Numbered from the stretch's first letter, positions 24,222-38,040 are shown. The stretch: 64,000 nt of DNA from Octopus bimaculoides (GCF_001194135.2 NC_068987.1:79632066-79696065); one strand, 5' to 3'. Made by a program: numbers and translations. Notes: generated from the letters alone by a model not told the origin.

Positions 24222-24454
24222 TAAATGGCGAATTCGATCATATATATAGGACTAAAATCAAATGAACCCAGACACTAATGAATTGTCAAAGTTTAACTAA
24301 TAAAGCTTTAATAGGTTGTCAATAATTAATGAATAATTTCTTGTCCATTTGAGTGGGAAGTGCTCCAATAGACTTTTTAATGTCGAAGCCAAAAAGCAAG
24401 GTGAAAATATTATCTACATATTAAAACGCGACTGATTTTTGTCTACCTAATGAT

Positions 24455-24670
24455 ACTGATTTCGAATTTGAGCCAAGTGCCAGCAATTTCGAATGTGGGG
24501 GGTAAATTGACTACATCTACCCCAGCGCTCGACAGTTACTTACTTTATCGATCCCGAAAGAATGAAAAGAAAAGTCGATCTCAATGGAAATTAAACTCAG
24601 AACGTGAACGGACGAATAGCCGCTAAGCATTTCGCCCAGTATGGTAGCGATTCGACCAGCTCATCGCCTT
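24455..24670 (-). mobile_element. SINE family C
   Basis: TTTATCGATCCCGAAAGAATGAAAAGAAAAGTCGATCTC...AACTCAGAACGTG...CGCTAAGCATTTCGCCC...CCAGCTCATCGCC. Confidence 0.85.
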
Positions 24671-25111
24671 TTTCTAGTTAATCAGATTAAATCCATATTA
24701 TTTAAAAAGTGAAACAGCCTAATTAATTGTAATCCGAATTTCAATTTTCTATTGAATTTGACCAATAATTATATATTGTATCATTTTACGTCTATGATTT
24801 ACTTGTCTCAGTCATTGGACAGTCGTCATGCTGTCCAAGCACAATTATTTAGGCTTAGCAGCCCTTCCTGTTTCTTTTCACTGTCCTGTTTGTGTTACCA
24901 ATTTTGACCCTCCGCAAAAAACCCAAATTATATTTAATATGCTTTGCAGGAACAACTGCTTTATCAAAAGCGTATATTGTTGTTAAATGCTCGACATACG
25001 AGAGTAGAAAAACAGCCAACAAATGATGAAGGGTCGTTCTTTATGTTGTTTGTCTTGTTTTTCATTGTGTCTTTCGTTGCTCGAAAAAATAGTTCATATT
25101 CCATGTACTCG

Positions 25112-25154
<43 letters not shown>

Positions 25155-25159
25155 ATAAA

Positions 25160-25225
25160 TGTAGGCGCAATATCCTAGTGGTTTAGGCAGTGGACTCGCG
25201 GCCTCGATTCCCATCTGTCCGACGA
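25160..25225 (+). mobile_element. SINE family D tRNA head only
   Basis: GGCGCAATATCCTAGTGGTTTAGGCAGTGGACTCGCGG..TCGATTCCC matches the head of the 32070-32429 copy. Confidence 0.6.
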
Positions 25226-25356
25226 ACGGGAACCTAAAACTTGGAGTAACAGCTTTTGTTATATTTCTGCTGCTTTTAAATTTTGCACATTATTCTACTT
25301 CTAGTATTTGAGTACTCTTTTTTCCACCTTGTTTCACATTTATGCGCTTTCTCCGG

Positions 25357-25394
<38 letters not shown>

Positions 25395-25697
25395 GATGGG
25401 TGGATGTATAACATGTGTCACCATATGTAATTCTTTTGTTTGAGTGTATATAATATAAATATTTGTGATTAGTAACACAAAAAGAGAACATAACGTCTTC
25501 AAAATAGCAGTTACTGATTATTTAATTAGATCAATAAAAAGGAATTTAAAAAGAAAAACATGTCATTATTATATGTAAATAATATCATACGGTGACCTAC
25601 ACGCACTCACACGCACGCGCCTCAAAAGGAGACATGTTTCTATGTTTATATTCATACATGTTGGTATTTGACCATATACATGTGTATGCTTTCTTCC

Positions 25698-25699
<2 letters not shown>

Positions 25700-25741
<42 letters not shown>

Positions 25742-25848
25742 ATCTATCTATCTATCTATCTATCTATATATGTATCTCTATCTCCTTCCCTCTATCTATG
25801 GATATATCTATGTATCTATGTATCTATGTATCTATGTATCTATGTATG

Positions 25849-25881
<33 letters not shown>

Positions 25882-25929
25882 GTATATCTATCTATCCATC
25901 TATAATTATGTGTGCTTGTGCGCATTTCT

Positions 25930-26005
<76 letters not shown>

Positions 26006-26140
26006 ATTACATACATACATATATATATATATAATATACACATGTATATTACATATATACATATACGTATACATATGCACATACATACATACGTACATAC
26101 ATACATACATACATACATACATACATACATACGTACATAT
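25700..26140. repeat. Compound microsatellite (CT)n, (CTAT)n, (GTATCTAT)n, (TA)n, (CATA)n
   Basis: Directly visible in the sequence. Confidence 0.95.
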
Positions 26141-27501
26141 ATACATATCGAATAAATGCATAAACACGATGTACAGTGCCTACAACGCTAACAGAAACAA
26201 TAATAACGAAAGAAAAATATTTAAAAAAAAACATCAAACAATCCCAATGAAATATAAAATATTATTAAAACGACGTAAGACATGTTTACGATAAAACAGA
26301 GATTATTCATTCTTGCTGTGATGCTATTTAAACTATTGCGCTTAGTGGCATGTCTATATTTGACGGAGCCATACATATTCGGAACTGACGCCTGGCGCCA
26401 AATAGTAGGAAGCAGGATACAGGTTGCTTGGCAGCCTATGTGATTTTCCTTACAGCCATCCCATTAGATGTCATGATGAATTTATTAAAATCAATCATAA
26501 TTTCTAATTAGCAAGTTAGCAACGCGTCTGTTAGAGTAAAATCAAATATGTAAGACTATGACTGTGTGAGCGAGTCTGTTGGAGAAAGTGCGTGTTGTTG
26601 AGGAAGGATATTTGTTAGTATTATTATGTCTGGCTCTTTTCTCCTCGCTCCTTGTGGATTTCTTTCTCCCTCTCTCTCTCTCTGTATATATATATATATA
26701 TNNNNNNNNNNNNNNNNNNNNNNNNNNNNNNNNNNNNNNNNNNNNNNNNNNNNNNNNNNNNNNNNNNNNNNNNNNNNNNNNNNNNNNNNNNNNNNNNNNN
26801 NNNNNNNNNNNNNNNNNNNNNNNNNNNNNNNNNNNNNNNNNNNNNNNNNNNNNNNNNNNNNNNNNNNNNNNNNNNNNNNNNNNNNNNNNNNNNNNNNNNN
26901 NNNNNNNNNNNNNNNNNNNNNNNNNNNNNNNNNNNNNNNNNNNNNNNNNNNNNNNNNNNNNNNNNNNNNNNNNNNNNNNNNNNNNNNNNNNNNNNNNNNN
27001 NNNNNNNNNNNNNNNNNNNNNNNNNNNNNNNNNNNNNNNNNNNNNNNNNNNNNNNNNNNNNNNNNNNNNNNNNNNNNNNNNNNNNNNNNNNNNNNNNNNN
27101 NNNNNNNNNNNNNNNNNNNNNNNNNNNNNNNNNNNNNNNNNNNNNNNNNNNNNNNNNNNNNNNNNNNNNNNNNNNNNNNNNNNNNNNNNNNNNNNNNNNN
27201 NNNNNNNNNNNNNNNNNNNNNNNNNNNNNNNNNNNNNNNNNNNNNNNNNNNNNNNNNNNNNNNNNNNNNNNNNNNNNNNNNNNNNNNNNNNNNNNNNNNN
27301 NNNNNNNNNNNNNNNNNNNNNNNNNNNNNNNNNNNNNNNNNNNNNNNNNNNNNNNNNNNNNNNNNNNNNNNNNNNNNNNNNNNNNNNNNNNNNNNNNNNN
27401 NNNNNNNNNNNNNNNNNNNNNNNNNNNNNNNNNNNNNNNNNNNNNNNNNNNNNNNNNNNNNNNNNNNNNNNNNNNNNNNNNNNNNNNNNNNNNNNNNNNN
27501 N

Positions 27502-27544
<43 letters not shown>

Positions 27545-28805
27545 ATATATATACATACACGGGCTTCTTACGTATGTGTGTATCGTATATACCATCTCTC
27601 CATGGAACCTGTTTGCTTCTGGCATCTCCATGGTGTTGCAGCTGCTACATAATGGTTATTACGTCTGTTTGTAATATTATATCTCTCCTAAATCTATAAC
27701 GTCGCTACATTTAATATACGACGCACTAAACTACTTAAACCTACTCACATCTAAATATCTATTCGACCAATGGTCACATTGGACTAAACAACATCAACAA
27801 CAAAAACAACGACAACGACAGCATTATGAATGGTAGAGGGAATTTAAAATGCGATGAAAGATGAAACTTATCCTGGTTTATCTCAATTTTCATCACCACT
27901 GACTTGAGAAAAGCAACACGACTTGGAGTAATATATCCTAGGGGTATTGTATTTTCGGGTGATAACTCAAAGAATTATAGCTGTTCAGCTGTATCAATGT
28001 AGTACCAGAACACTTACACATTTCTCTAAATATAATAGCCCGTAGATCGTGCCAAACAAGGAAATCAATGTTTTATTCTTCCATGATTCATTTAAAATTA
28101 GTCTTTATTTTTCTAAATATTCATATACCATGTCATATTCCTGGTGAGTTTTTCTGAGAAATTTCATGACAGCCAGCTGATGCCAAGTATTTATATATAG
28201 ATATGTGTTTGCGTATATGTATATATAAGATNNNNNNNNNNNNNNNNNNNNNNNNNNNNNNNNNNNNNNNNNNNNNNNNNNNNNNNNNNNNNNNNNNNNN
28301 NNNNNNNNNNNNNNNNNNNNNNNNNNNNNNNNNNNNNNNNNNNNNNNNNNNNNNNNNNNNNNNNNNNNNNNNNNNNNNNNNNNNNNNNNNNNNNNNNNNN
28401 NNNNNNNNNNNNNNNNNNNNNNNNNNNNNNNNNNNNNNNNNNNNNNNNNNNNNNNNNNNNNNNNNNNNNNNNNNNNNNNNNNNNNNNNNNNNNNNNNNNN
28501 NNNNNNNNNNNNNNNNNNNNNNNNNNNNNNNNNNNNNNNNNNNNNNNNNNNNNNNNNNNNNNNNNNNNNNNNNNNNNNNNNNNNNNNNNNNNNNNNNNNN
28601 NNNNNNNNNNNNNNNNNNNNNNNNNNNNNNNNNNNNNNNNNNNNNNNNNNNNNNNNNNNNNNNNNNNNNNNNNNNNNNNNNNNNNNNNNNNNNNNNNNNN
28701 NNNNNNNNNNNNNNNNNNNNNNNNNNNNNNNNNNNNNNNNNNNNNNNNNNNNNNNNNNNNNNNNNNNNNNNNNNNNNNNNNNNNNNNNNNNNNNNNNNNN
28801 NNATA

Positions 28806-29555
28806 CAGGTGTTGAACAAAATTATGGAAACACCTAGCATCATACCATCATAATTTTGAAATATCTACAAAACCATCAAAACTTTGTTTAATTTTATGTT
28901 TTTTGATTTATTATTAGTGCTAAAATTGTTGTTTCTTTTCAGATAGTCAGAAAAAGGTAATTAAAATTCATTAAAATGATAGATTTATCGGTCTTTCAAT
29001 GAGGTCAAATTGTCGCTAGTAGTGTAGCAGGCGCTAGCCTAACGAAAACAGTCGAAATATTTGGTCTATCAAGAAGTACTGTCTCGAAAATAATGACAGC
29101 TTTTGTGAAAGAGGGAAAAACCTACCCGTCGAAACAAAACTCCGGAAGAAAACCAAAACTTTCAGATAGGGAGCGTCGGGCTCTTAGGCGAATTGTTAGA
29201 AAGAAGCACAGAAGTACAGCTCCCAAAATTACTGCAGAGCTTAATGACCGCCTCGAGAACACAGTTTCCACAAAAACTCTTCGCCGGGAGCTGCACAAAG
29301 CTGGACTTTAAGGGAGGGCTGCAATCAGAAAACCACTACTTCCAAAAACAACCGTTGCAAAGCGTTTAGAGTGCAGTAAAAGCCTACAGAACTGGTCGCT
29401 AGAGCAGTGGAAGAATGTTGTTTTCTCGGACGAGTCATCCTTGACCTTATTTCCGAGCACCGGCCGAGTATACGTGAGGAGCATTTGACTCAGACTGCCT
29501 TCTTCCAACTGTTAAATATGGAGGAGGAACTGTGATGATCTGGGGGGTTATATCA
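28806..29555 (+). mobile_element. Tc1-like DNA transposon: left end and decayed 5' part of the transposase
   Basis: TA (28804-28805) followed by CAGGTGTTGAACAAAATTATGGAAACACC as the left TIR. ATG at 28976 gives MIDLSVFQ*GQIV..AGASLTKTVEIFGLSRSTVSKIMTAF..SGRKPKLSDRERRALRRIV..RRELHKAGL*GRAAIRKPLL..WKNVVFSDES..VKYGGGTVMIWG (paired-like HTH plus the first catalytic D). It has internal stops, and no right TIR was found. Confidence 0.92.
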
Positions 29556-30809
29556 CAAAGGTGATAATTATTCAGGTACGCATCTTGGGTAGTGATTCTT
29601 CAAATGTTCCCATACACCCATGAAAATATAATTCAAGTTATATAACTGAAGAAGTTAACATGTTGCCCACAAGACAGAACCTTATAACAATCAGACAGCG
29701 TCTAATCAGTTGTTCGTTATTTTCGATACAGCTATTAAATCTCCCGAGAATTACCTCTCTCCACTGAGGTATGTCCTAGACATACTAAACTAGAAAAAAT
29801 AACGGGATGGTCACGTCTGTAATGTCTGTGATCATAAGTTTACTTACTCAAAAGTTGAGCAAAGGGTCCAAGCAACAAAGAAACTGAAGCACTGCAAGCA
29901 AGAAATTAAACAAAGAGCTTAGAAACGAAATGCAAGAAAATCCATAACTCAGTCAGTAGAATATCATATGAATTAATTAGTAGTATTAACGATCATATGA
30001 GACAGTTTAATAATAACAGCTCCAGGCGACCTACCTGGATATCGTCAATAATCAAACTCATTTATCAAACGCTTTCCAAATATCAGATTGCGAAGGTTTC
30101 ACATGGACAAGAATATTCACTATATGCAACAGATGCAATATTAGATTAAAAGAGACATATGTGTATCGTACTTAATGTATATAAATCGGGAAAAAGAAAT
30201 TTACTACGGTATTCTCCGGGAGATAATATCTCCTGTAGACGTGCATTGTTTAAAAACACAAATATATCAGTAGCAGCGATAGATATATTTATATAAGGTA
30301 TCATATATATACGAGGCTATTTTAATCTAATACTGCTTCTGAGTCATATAGCGGATTTTTATTCAGCCGTGCGGTTACTTGCAACACCAAGGATTTTTTT
30401 CAATCACTGTTTTCTTATAGTAGTAGCGAGAGGTTTTGTCTTAGAAAGCGGTTAACAGTGAGTATATGCTACTGACAATGCACAACGAGGTGGAAATGCT
30501 TGTGTAGCATCTTCACATGCGCTGCTAGATGGTTTTTCCCTTAAACTCATATATTTGTGTTTTTAAACACAGCACGTAACATAGGACGAATGCTACTGTC
30601 TGTGAAGTGCTTGATTTCAGATCCCACCGTAGTCAGTTTGGGCAGTAATTTCATAAGAATCGATAAATAAAGTATCCGTTGCAATACGCAGTAGATTTAT
30701 TCTCTCTCTTTCACAATGCGTTGTACCTGCAATTCAATGATTCACCCTTGGTATTGAGTACTCTTTTCTTCCGACGGTTAATACTAAATGCGCACGCATG
30801 TGTGTGTGT

Positions 30810-30855
<46 letters not shown>

Positions 30856-30974
30856 ACGTGTGTCTGCATCAGTGTAGAGTGTATTCGATTAAGCCTATAC
30901 ATTGGAAAGAGAAAATGTACCGACCACATAGAAGTATATATGTATGTGAGTGTGCGTATTGTGTGAGTGCGAGT

Positions 30975-31160
30975 GTTTGTGTTTGTCAACGACCACCGCT
31001 TCACAACTGGTGTTGGTATGTTTATGTACTCGTAACTTAGTAGTTTAGCAAAAGAACTGATAGAATAAGTACCAGGCAGGTTACTATGATCCATGCAATC
31101 GCCTAAGAACCCTTGATGGCAATACCCATCACAGACCAATAACTGAAACAGGTAAAATAA
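30975..31160 (+). mobile_element. SINE family A 3' half, diverged
   Basis: CACAACTGGTGTTGGTATGTTTATGTACTCGTAACTTAG...GATAGAATAAGTACCAGG...AACTGAAACAGGTAAAA. Confidence 0.75.
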
Positions 31161-31199
31161 CGATTGTGATCTCTTCACAAGCAAGGACAGTACTTTTTA

Positions 31200-31370
31200 A
31201 GGGGAAGGTATTAGTCGATAGCATAAACATCAGTGCTTGGCTGGCACTTCATTGCCCCATGCTGGGAGGAAAACCAGAGATGACGCCAGAGGGACTGAAC
31301 TAATAATGTAAAGTGCTGGGAGATATATCAGAGAACATTTTTCTCCGCTACTCTAACGATTCTACCAGAA
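31200..31370 (-). mobile_element. SINE family C, highly diverged
   Basis: GGGGAAGG...AGTCGATAGCATAAACATCAGTGCTTGGCTGGCAC...GAACTAATAATGTAAAG...CTAACGATTCTACCAG. Confidence 0.5.
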
Positions 31371-31769
31371 AACCACCTTTGAAACAAGCAATACTTATTG
31401 TTATAATTGGAGTGGGATGTTAGTGTTAAACATCCTACGAGGTTTATGTCACACATTGGCATCTAATCATGAAAGAAACGCAATGAAAATCAGTCTATTA
31501 TACATTTTTTAGATTGTTTTTTATTACATGCTACCGAAATCAATTTTGCCTTTGATCGTTTCTGGATCGATAAGATATACACCAGTTGAGTACTGATCGA
31601 TGAAATTAATTATATCATTCTTCCTAAAATTACTGTATATTCCAAAATGTTTTACCCATTATTTATTATCATGATCATTGCGTGATGAAGTGCATAGCGG
31701 ACTGTATTTTAAGTAACATGACAGAATATGTTTTCTATTCTTATGTGAAGAGGTTGCTAAACCCATCGC

Positions 31770-32060
31770 TCAACCGTATTGAATTCCAGAATACTGACGT
31801 TCTGGAAAGGAAGGTGTAGCTGAATTGGTCGGTGACAGACTTGGAGTAGGATTGACAGAATATGGATGACGAGAGAAAAGAAGATGAATATATTAGGTGT
31901 GCTTCGGTGGTGTTAGTACGACACAAATCAGCTCCGGGAAGGAGAGGCCTGTGTAGTAGGGAAAACAGATTGATGATATTGCATGTGGGGGGAAAAAACG
32001 CGGAGTGTGTTGGTGAGATACTTCATAGGAATAAGTAAGGTAGTCATTAGGTGGAGTGGC
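31770..32060 (-). mobile_element. L2/CR1-group LINE ORF2 3' end, decayed
   Basis: Minus frames give HAISSICFPYYTGLSFPEL..SRHPYSV.. and TDQFSYTFLSRTSVFWNS, resembling the 'RR.VSSL..FYRYY.G.CS.EL..HPY..RT..F..SF..RT..LWN.LP' C-terminus. Confidence 0.7.
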
Positions 32061-32069
32061 GAGATGTGG

Positions 32070-32429
32070 TTGGTTGGCACTCCATCGGTTTCGACGACGA
32101 GAGTTTCAGTTGATCCGATCAACGGAACAGCCTGCTCGTGAAATTAACGTGCAAGTGGCTGAGCACTCCACAGACACGTGTACCCTTAACGTAGTTCTCG
32201 GGGAGATTCAACGTGACACGGCTGGCCCTTTGAAATACAGGTACAACAAAAACAGGAAGAAAGAGGGAGAGAAAGAGTACAGCAGGGTTCGCCACCACCC
32301 CTTACCGGAGCCTTGTGGAACTTTAGGTGTTTTCGCTCAGTAAACACTCACAGCGCCCGGTCTGGGAATCGAAATCGCAATCCTACGACCGCGAGTCCGC
32401 TGCCCTAAACACTGGACCATTGTGTCTCC
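32070..32429 (-). mobile_element. SINE family D, full length (tRNA-derived head)
   Basis: Reverse complement GGAGACACAATGGTCCAGTGTTTAGGGCAGCGGACTCGCGGTCGTAGGATTGCGATTTCGATTCCCAGACC... with A/B-box-like motifs. Its 3' module is shared with 5240-5400 and 47690-47836. Confidence 0.9.
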
Positions 32430-33316
32430 ACAGTGGCGAGTTGTAATTTTATGTTAAATGATTATTTAAAAGAATTTTTTTTTTCTATAATATCATTAAA
32501 TGTAAAACTGTGTCAAAGGAAATGTAAAATGTAAAACTATGTCAAAATGAGCATCGGTGAGATAACTGACATGAAATAGCATCAGCCAATAAAATAATGG
32601 TGGAAACTATGTCATGTGGGTCTGACCACAATGGAATACACCCCCCTCTCCCCATCTCATAGTACACCTACTGTTGTTAATAAACATTTGTGAGATGTTG
32701 TGTCAGCCCCATTACCGCATGAGGTATGCTGGTAATCTCAGTCGGAATGCCAGTCTTCCATACCTGCTGAAAGCCATTTTAGTTCATTTAAATGGCTGAA
32801 GCCTTTCAGAGGGTAACAACCTCACAGCATTACTCACTTATTTTTTACCCGCACATACACACATACAAACGTGCATATATGCATAAACACACACATACAA
32901 CACCCACATACAACACACACACATACAACACACACACGCACTCACACAATATACATATGTATTATGTATGTAAGCATGTATATATGCATGTTTGTATGTA
33001 TGTATGGTTGGATGGATGGATGGATGGATGGATGTGTGTGTTTGTATGTATGTATGTATGTATGTATGTATGTATGTATATATGTGTGTGTATCAAGGGG
33101 AAGTGGGGGTAAATGCTTTGTCTGTCGTAAAGAAACTAATAGCTTTGAAATATTTGTGAGGCGATGCATAATTCAAGAGAAATGTCAATTTAAAAATTCG
33201 ATAAATATGGAATGAAAGAAAAATAAAGCAAAAAAAAAATATGAAGAGAAGTATAGGAAAAGTGAATTTCTGGAAAATAGATAAATAAATGAACAAATAA
33301 ACAAATATTAGACAAG

Positions 33317-33667
33317 TGAAGAAGAAGAAGAAGAAGAAGAAGAAGAAGAAGAAGATAATGATGATGATGATGATGATCACGACGACGACGAAAGAGGAGT
33401 AGTATCAGCAGCAGCAGTAGCAGCATCGGCAGTTGCTGCAGCAGCAGCAGTAGTACCAGTAGTAACAGCAGTAGTAGCCTCAGTAACAGCAGCACCAGCA
33501 GCAGTAGCAGCAGTAGTAGTAGTTGTAGAAGAAGAAGAAGAAGAAGAAGAAAAAGAAAAAGAAAAAGAAAAAGAAAAAAGAAGAAGAAGAAGAAGAAGAT
33601 GAAGATGAAGAAGAAGAAGAAGAAGAAGAAGAAGAAGAAGAAGAAGAAGAAGAAGAAGAAGAAGAAA
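33317..33667. repeat. Compound trinucleotide array (GAA)n-(GAT)n-(GAC)n-(CAG/TAG)n-(GAA)n with (GAAAAA)n
   Basis: Directly visible in the sequence; source of the poly-L/F ORFs. Confidence 0.95.
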
Positions 33668-34323
33668 TTACAAACGAAACGCATTAATGAAGGAAAGAAT
33701 AGAATTATTTGAAAATATACCGCAAACAGAACCGTTGGCAGTTTTCTTGTGGCCTTGAATAAGCTACTTGCCTGCGGTAAGTAGGCTAAGGGCAATTATC
33801 TCTACCTTTATATGGCATAACAAGACTCGCTACTTTATAGCTGATGATTCTACATAAGCTTCTTAACACCTTACTAAATCTAAGAAATCCCTTGCAATAG
33901 AACGTGTCAGAACCTCTACAAAACACGCACGTTTCTTTCAGTCAGTTTTTCCCATTGAAAAGCAAAGGACGTCTAGTGCACGCACTCTCACCACAAGTCG
34001 GCTTACCGAGCATAGAATAAAGCTGACAGGATACCTTATCATGTGAAAGTTCTTTTAAGTAGAAAGGAAGAGGGGGAAGTATGGCGAGCAATGTGAAAGA
34101 TAGAGAGAGAGAATTGGAAGGGGAGAAAAGGGAATTTGATGCGAGAGTAGTAAAGAATAGTGGTAGAGGGGGTAGGACTTTAAAGAAATATATTAAAAGA
34201 TATTAAAAGTATTAAAGGAAATAAGAGTAATCTTAAGTCAGGGAAAGACAGTTTGAGTTAATAGTGTGAGAACAGTGAAAGATATACGGGGTGAGGGAAA
34301 TTAGAAAGTAAAATAATACGTGT

Positions 34324-34361
<38 letters not shown>

Positions 34362-35559
34362 TTGTGTATGTGTGCGTTGGGAGAGACATTTGAAGAAAAG
34401 GAAATATAGACAGATTCGCTACAATTTGCTTCAAGAAATATCAAAGGAAAGACGAAAGCAAATAATTGTGAGTGAGCTTTGAAAAATATATAAAATAAAA
34501 TTATAGAAATGAAAATTATGAATAAATAAACTAATTGAAGCAGAAGAAAAAATTTCTTTAAAATCAGAGGAAAAGTAAATAAATTGACAAAATGAGGTGG
34601 CTTATGTTGATTAAAACAGTTTATTTTGTTTTGTACTTAGAATATTCGTGAAAATTATTGGTGTTTTAACTGAACCTTTACAACTGCGTTAATTTGAGGT
34701 AATTATTATAAAAAGTAGTTTTTTTTTCATGTTAATTTCAAATAGATGTTAATATTTTGTATTTAGTTTTGACTTATATTTATATTTATAATTGATATTT
34801 ATTTCTCAAGATTTTTTAAAGTTATTTTTTTATGTGAATGCGTGGAGATTTTCTTTTAGAAAAAAAAACTATATAAATAGATTTTGGCGGGTTAAAGCGA
34901 TAAATACAATAATCGGCTTTTAGCAATCAGTGGAAATGGTGTTTAAATGTTGTTCAAGTTTCAAAAATGAAAAAAAAAGTAATAATAATAATTAAGAAAA
35001 ATAGACGTTAAAATGTCTTAATTAAAAATGGGACATTTATTTCATAGGAAGTTGTAGATAGCTAATCAAGGATAATTAGTGCTGATTTTGTTTTTAATGA
35101 TTCAAATTCTATAAACATTCAGGAAAAAACATCCAACCCCTTAATTCGTTAATTGCTAAATTGATTCCATTCGTCTTTTTACATATTGTAAAGCCATTCA
35201 GGTAGTTAAGTGTAATTTTCATAGCAGTTTGATTTGTTGTTTTAATTTCTTTTATTGCCTTCATATACGAACTGCAAATTAGTAAACGATTTGAAATGTA
35301 AACGTTTCTGAATGACAAATCTGTAAAGTGAGGAGTCATATACTTGTACGTTGATATTTTTATTAAGAGTAAAAGACAAACACGATATCCAGTTTGCCCG
35401 TACTCCAGCTTAAGTCTTAGCTCAAGCCAATCCTTCAGTATAGCATTTTGCACCAAATAAACTTTATCCTGCAAATTTTGAATCTCATTTTACGAAAAGT
35501 ACTGTCAGTTTTGTATGAGCAGAAATGACTCGAGGATCACATGACATTTGAAAGTCTGA

Positions 35560-35800
35560 AATATGTCGTCGTCTTAGACGGCGTTTTATCGGGTGTTCGA
35601 TAAATTATTTGGTTTCTTCTTGACCACTTCTTCCCCTCTGTTCGTGTTCATGCCTCAGATGACTAATGAGGCCGATTCTTGCATGGAGGTGTCTGTTGCA
35701 AAGTTTATAAGAGATCCGTGGTGGAGACTTTGGTTAAGCTCAGGACAGGCCCGGCTGACAACATTCCATCTCCATTGTGACAAATCATTTTGAAGCTCAT
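35560..35800 (-). mobile_element. RTE (BovB-like) LINE 3' end
   Basis: Minus translation LCNRHLHARIGLISHLRHEH matches the RTE/BovB C-terminal 'C..C.R...ARIGL.SH.R.H'. It is followed by GAAGAAGTGGTC and a (GAC)n-like tail. Confidence 0.7.
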
Positions 35801-35894
35801 TTCTGAAATATGTAATACCCAATTAAAAACACCCTGTGGTTGTTTTGTGGATGATTGAACATAACACAAAATCTCTTTCTTTTGTTCATCTTTA

Positions 35895-36020
35895 TATAGG
35901 TTTCAAATTGTTGGTGCAAGGCTAGCAATTTTAGGGAGTGGATACGTCAATTACATCGACCCCATTACTCAACTGGTACATATTCTATCCTGAAAGGATG
36001 AAGGGCAACGTCTGGCTATA
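35895..36020 (-). mobile_element. SINE family C 3' half
   Basis: CAATTACATCGACCCCATTACTCAACTGGTAC...TCCTGAAAGGATGAAGGGCAA. Confidence 0.7.
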
Positions 36021-36604
36021 CGAGGCAAACGGTATAGGACACAGATCGTGTGGTATAGCAAGCTGGAGACGATATCTCCTGGTGCTAAATTACAGCAACA
36101 TTAGTTCTAAACCAGGACTGCCATGTTATGTTGGCAAACAATCTTTACTACAAATTATTTGAGGTTCTAAATTTAGATTAACAAGTGGCATGTCAGGCGT
36201 TAAAAAACTTAAGGCTTTTCCTAGCATACGGTGGGAAAATATTTGGAGAATTCATAAACAATTTAAGAACGTTAGCCACAAATAAATATTTCAAGATACT
36301 AGATAATCTTGAATTTTGTGTGTATGTATATGTGTTTGTGTGTGCGTGTATGTAAATGTACGTGTGTGTCGAACGATTATCAAACTATATTAATCTACGT
36401 CGTACTTGGTGAACATTGAAATCGTCATTTTCACAATCCCAGCACGCCAATTTTTTATTCACTATATTGTCTGTGTTACTTGGGTGGAACAATACCACAT
36501 AACATCTACTTTTGCACGCAGTTTTCTCGGGAGTTTTTTGTTGAAGTTCACCAAGGCAGAAGATATAGGAAAATATATTCCCAAGAATGTATATCTGTAA
36601 AGTG

Positions 36605-36930
36605 AAGGCGCATGGTTCAGTGGTTAGAGCGTTGAGCTTACGATCGTGAGTTTGTGAGTTCGAATCCCGGACCGGGCTGCGTGTGGTGTTCTTGAGCAAG
36701 ACACTTTATTTCACGTTGCTCCAGTTCACTCAGCTGTAGAAATGAGTTGCGACGTCACAGGTGGCAAGTTGTATCGGCCTATGCCTTTCCCTTTGGATAA
36801 CATCGGTGGAGGGGAGGCTGGTATACATGGGCGACTCCTGGTCTTTCATAAACAACCTTGCCCGGACTTGTGCCTGGGAGGGCAACTTTCTAGGTGCAAA
36901 CCCATGGTCAGTCATGACCGAAGGGGTCCT
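36605..36930 (+). mobile_element. SINE family B, full length (tRNA head with A box and B box GTTCGAATCC; CORE-like TGTTCTTGAGCAAGACACTTT)
   Basis: GGCGCATGGTTCAGTGGTTAGAGCG...GAGTTCGAATCCCGGACC, then a conserved box shared with 5107, 47610, 56880 and 57902. Confidence 0.9.
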
Positions 36931-36979
36931 AATCTGTAAATATACTAAATATATTTTTATATGTATGTCTCTCTCATCC

Positions 36980-37021
<42 letters not shown>

Positions 37022-37298
37022 CCCGACCAAATTTTACAATTAAATAAAAGCGATTGCTACAGGATTATGTGGTATGTGCTGTTCTGTGGTATGGAACGAA
37101 TGATCACGTGTTTACGGAGGAAACTTCTTAACTGTAGAACCAGACATGTATTAGAGTTTTGTATTATCTGATTAGTGAAATATGTATGAGATCATCGCTC
37201 CGTATTGTATATCTAGCAGATTAACTCACAGTATCTCTCACTAATCTCCAACTACTGGTATGACAATTACAGTTTTTCTCATTTCCGACAATCTAATT

Positions 37299-37468
37299 GC
37301 AGGCATGACTGTGTCGTAAGAAGCTTGCTTCCCGACCACATGGTTCCGTGTTCAGTCCCACTGCGTGGTACCTTGTGCGAGTGTCTTCTACTATAGCCTC
37401 GGGCCGACTAAGACCTTCTAGGTGGATTTGGTAGGAAACGGAAAGAAGCACGTCGCACACACACACAC

Positions 37469-37518
<50 letters not shown>

Positions 37519-37758
37519 ACACACACATATATACACACACACATACGCATACAGACACACGCACGCACGCACATATATATGCTTGTGTGTCTGTGTTTGT
37601 TCCTTCACCATCGCCTGACAACCGATGTTGGTGCGTTTGCGTCTCCGTATCTAGCTGTCGGCTTACAAAGAATAGATCCTGGAGTCAACTTGTTCGACTA
37701 AAGACGGTGCTCCAGCATGGCCACAGTCAAATGACTGAAACGAGTAAAGGAATAAAAT
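37299..37758 (+). mobile_element. SINE family A, full length with internal (CA)n linker
   Basis: Head, linker 37457-37580, and tail ending GGTGCTCCAGCATGGCCACAGTCAAATGACTGAAAC...AATAAAAT. Confidence 0.92.
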
Positions 37759-37814
37759 AATATCAAGTGGTTAGACCGCTGAACTGTACTTATTTGATAT
37801 TTCTACGCGCAATC

Positions 37815-38040
37815 GTGGCGAGCTAGCAGCATCATTGACACGCCGGGCGAAACGCTTTGCGGTATTTCGTTCGTCTTTTCGTTCTCAGTTCAAATTCCGC
37901 CGAAGTCGACTTTGCTATTCATCATTTCGGGGTCGATAGTATAAATATCAGCTGAGGACTAGGATTCGATGTAAACGACATCCCCCACTCCCTCATCCCG
38001 AATTTTCTGACTTTGATCCAAAATTTCAAACCAATATTTC
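37815..38040 (+). mobile_element. SINE family C, full length
   Basis: GTGGCGAGCTAGCAGCATCATTGACACGCCGGGCGAAACGCTT...GTTCAAATTCCGCCGAAGTCGACTTTGC...CGGGGTCGATAG. Confidence 0.9.

Noticed and set aside
35109-35474. 121-aa minus ORF with an AG acceptor-like site (DKVYLVQNAILKDWLELRLKLE...)
   Set aside because: No recognisable domain, no partner exons, AT-rich; compatible with chance.
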